A stretch of DNA of 64,000 nt from Octopus sinensis. Taxonomy: Eukaryota. Below the pieces are notes generated by a model, which saw only the letters and a program-made list of their open reading frames with translations, was not told where the DNA came from and searched no databases. A program made the translations under genes and the position numbers. The number at the start of each line of letters is the position of its first letter. Within the stretch, counting starts at the first letter, position 1. Shown here one piece after another: positions 60,581-64,000 of this stretch. The stretch spans positions 186,496,001-186,560,000 of the forward strand of contig NC_042998.1 of assembly GCF_006345805.1 (NCBI RefSeq), written 5' to 3'.

Positions 60581-62710
60581 GGCCAGAAGGATGCCAAAAG
60601 GCAGACCAATCTGGAAAAGAAGGATTTGGAAGCTTAAGAACCCTTCATATGGTCAGAAATTTAGGGATATCCTTACCGAGAAATTTGATGATAGGAAAGA
60701 AGTGCTATGGTCCTGTGACATAGAAGGCAGCTGGGAATTCCAGTGAGACAGCTTGCTGAGTGCCACAGACCAAATCTGTAGCTGGTGCAAAGTCCCTTCA
60801 AGATCTAGGGTAACATGGTGGTGGAACAATACTGTAGATAGGGCCATTAGAGCAAAGAAACAGATTTGGAAGGCCTGGAAGAGTTGTGGTAGCAAGGAAC
60901 AGTATCAGACAGTGGAAAGGGAAGCTAGGAGACAGGTATATATAGCAGAAAAGAAGTTGGCCAGTGTTCAGCAACATGAGGACCAAAGAACTGAAGTATT
61001 TCAGATTGCAAGGCAGTGTGTGACAGAAAACCATGATGTCACAGGAGAGAAATGTGGCCGCATGAATAATGGTTCCCTTGTGTTAATGATTCTGCAAAGG
61101 AAGAGGCTTGGAAATGTCGTTATGAAAAACTGCTGAATGTAGAGAATGAATGGGAGAAGAGGAGTCTGCCAAAGATTGACCCAATTGAGGGACCAGCTAC
61201 CCGAATCAAAAGTACCCTGGTAGATAAAGCAATTAAGGATGTGAAGGCAGGGAAAGCATCTGACCCATCAGGAATCATCGCTGAGATGCTTAAAATATCA
61301 GGTGGTGTGGGTTATGGTCTTGTCATCCGCATAATAAATCAGGTAGTTCATGAAGGATTCATACTCAATGACTGGTGTAGCAGCACCATAGTCAACTGCT
61401 ACAAGAGTAAAGGTGATGCTTTAGGCAGAAATAACTATAGGGGTATCAAATTATTGGATCAGGCGATGAAAGTTACAGAGAGGGTCATAGCCCAACTAAT
61501 TAGGGATAGAGTTAGCCTAGATGAGATGCAGTTTGGTTTTGTGCCAGGCAGAAGCACCACTGATGCTTTAATTCTGGTATGGCAACTGCAGGAGAAATAT
61601 CTAGCCAAAGATAAACCCTGTACTTGGCTTTTGTTGACTTGGGGAAAGCCTTTGACAGGGTCCCTAATCCCTTATCTGATGGTCAATGCAGAAACTGGGG
61701 ATAGACGAGTGTTTGGTAATAGCTGTACAAGCTCTGTACAAGGATGCTGTTAGTAAGGTAAGTGTTGGTAATGAGTATAGTGAAGAATTCTGAGTAGAAG
61801 TAGGGGTTCACCAAGGATCAGTCCTCAGCCCTCTCTTATTCATTATAGTACTCCAGGCAATAACAGAGGAATTCAAGACAGGATGCCTCTGGGAGCTACT
61901 CTATACTGATGACCTTGCCCTAATAGCCGAGTTACTGCCAGAACTAGAGATGAAGTTTAGGGTGTGGAAGTAAGGTCTAGCATCGAAGTGCCTTAGGGTT
62001 AACTTAGCAAAAACCAAAGTCTTCCTACACATGTAGGAAGGCTGTCAAACTACAATCCCCTTCAGGTAGATGGACCTGCTTGATCTGTAGAAAAGACGTG
62101 GGTAGAAACGCCATACGGTGTAAGCTATGGACATGTAAAAGGTGCAGCAATATCAAAGGAAGGTTAACAGGGAAAATCGTTTTTGTGTGTGGCAGATGCT
62201 CAGGGGCAATAAACACTGAAAATGTACAGAAAAGAGATTCCATCATATACTAGTAGTTAATAGCTTCTGCTACCTTAGCAACCAAGTCTGAAGTTGGGGT
62301 GGTTGCTCTGAGTGTAGCAGCTAGAATAAGAATAGCCTGGGCAAAATTCAGAGACCTCCTACCTCTGCTGGCAACTAAGGGCCTCTTGCTCAGGATGAAA
62401 GGTAGACTGTATGATGCATGTGTGCCAACTGCCACGTTACATGGCAGTGAAACATGGGCCATGACTGCTGAGGACATGTGTAGGCTTGAAAGAAATGAAG
62501 CTAATATAATCCACTGGATGTGTAATGTCAGTGTGCATACACGACAAAGTGTAAGCACCCCGAGAGTAAAGTTGGACATAAGAAGCATCAAATGTGGTGT
62601 GCAAGAGAGACAACTGCGCTGGTATGGTCAGACATGGGATAAGGTGGTGAAGTATGACCTTTGAATATTGGCACCTCACAGAGGCAATGACAGGAGACCG
62701 AGACATACAC
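60580..62710 (+). mobile_element. Degenerate RTE-clade LINE reverse-transcriptase region
   Basis: KAGKASDPSGIIAEMLK, NYRGIKLLDQAMKVTERVI, QFGFVPGRSTTDA, GVHQGSVLSPLLF, LYTDDL, LHGSETW and RQLRWYG, interrupted by stops and frameshifts. Confidence 0.9.
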
Positions 62711-62727
62711 GCACACACACACACATA

Positions 62728-63513
62728 CAAAGTGCTATGGGTAAATTGTCGCCATTTTATATTTTTAATTTTGCACATGTGCATTATTTGTTTTTGATTT
62801 TGTTGACTACACAGTATGGTAGGGTCAGTTGGGCACTGCCTGAGAGAAAACCAGCACCATGATGCAATTTACTCAGCCAGAAATTTGGAAACAACATGCT
62901 GTACTGCTTGGCATTCGCACCAGAAGCTCAAATACGAACATTTCAGAGTGTTTGGGTGTCATGTACCAAGAGTGATAAAAATCAAACATCCAGTCAACAT
63001 CATGGTGTTTGGAGTGATCACCAGTGATGGCAATGTTATGCTTCCATTCATCTTCTCACATGGCCTCAGACTCAACACGGAAGCCTTTATCCAGTGCCTG
63101 GAGGAGGTAGTGCTGCCCTGGGTCAAGAGGGTGGCTGCTGGAAGACCATATATCTGGCAACAGGACACTGCATCATGCCACACAAGGAGAACCCATTCAT
63201 GGCTGTCAGGCAATTTCTGCAACCACATCACCCCTAACATCTGGCAACCTAATTCCCCAGATTGCACCCCAGAAGGCAAGGACTGTAGCACTATTCACCA
63301 ACTTACACAAGGAGACCGTCCAGAAAAGTTGCAGGAGATTCTGAAGTCGTCTGGAAGCCATGGTTGAAGCAAATGGCGATTTTATTGAATAAATTTACTG
63401 GTTAGTATTTCAGGATATTTTTATGTAATTTTGATAAATATCTGTTAAAATGAGATCTCAGTGTTATTTTCATTTTCACGTAATCTAGACAACAGTTTAT
63501 TCACCACACCCTG
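62728..63513 (+). mobile_element. Internally deleted Tc1/mariner-superfamily transposon (maT/DD37D-like)
   Basis: KHPVNIMVFGVITSDG...PYIWQQDTASCHT...WQPNSPDC; degenerate terminal inverted repeats CAAAGTGCTATGGGTAAATTGTCGCC vs CAGGGTGTGGTGAATAAACTGTTGTC, each flanked by TA. Confidence 0.8.
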
Positions 63514-64000
63514 TACATATTGAACTTCCACACTGTTTCTGTCAACTAAACTTACAAAGCATAACTCCACACCTTTGCTTTTGTCTAGTGACCATACCCA
63601 TGTGCCCACTCAAATTATAGTTATATGACAATTTCCTCAGTCCAGTTTAGTTACACATGTATTAAATCCAACTTAATTTCACATTCCCACTGCCTAGTGA
63701 ACTGCACTTTATCTAAACCAAAAGAAAAGAAAAGGGGTTTACGTCTCCTTATATATTCAATTTTCTAGGTTATATTTTTTCTTTTTCCTAAGCAAAGCAG
63801 TGACAAATGCCAAAATTTCAGACTACTCAAAGTTCTCTCTTTAAAACCCCCAAAAACTTTCTAAGATAAAAACAATAGAGATCTTTGACCTAGGGCAAGA
63901 AACTTTACTTGACCCATCTTCAAACAACATTTTAAAAATAGTCATTAGTCATCAATATCAAAATCTGAAAGCATGTACAGAAGAGGGCTGTAACTACTTA

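Noticed and set aside
49265-64000. Upstream myosin exon (...LNEASVLHNL...YSGLIY) or promoter
   Set aside because: No matching sequence found; the region appears intronic and repeat-filled.

Overview
This is AT-rich animal genomic DNA, not prokaryotic. The SINE families, (TA)n/(CA)n microsatellites and long introns fit an octopod cephalopod such as Octopus (inference). The whole window lies inside one minus-strand gene for a non-muscle myosin II heavy chain (zipper/MYH9/MYH10 family). I read ten constitutive exons (157, 28, 121, 93, 64, 99, 144, 96, 119, 153 nt; 1074 nt, 358 codons) that splice into one open motor-domain frame containing the P-loop GESGAGKT, switch I NDNSSRF and switch II DIAGFE. 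Both ends of the gene lie outside the window. One intron is U12-type (GTATCCTT donor plus TTCCTTAAT branch site) and one is GC-AG. The most interesting region is the 13.4-kb intron at motor loop 1. It has two tandem in-frame donors 9 nt apart and two frame-preserving microexon candidates (18 nt SKELNL, 12 nt KPIR). It also has clustered TGCATG (RBFOX) motifs and a possible mutually exclusive RNA pairing upstream of the 18-nt exon. The introns otherwise carry transposon remnants: a mariner, a maT-like element, TTAA MITEs, RTE/CR1/jockey-like LINEs, a Penelope-like fragment and several SINE families. Most ORFs in the supplied track are spurious.
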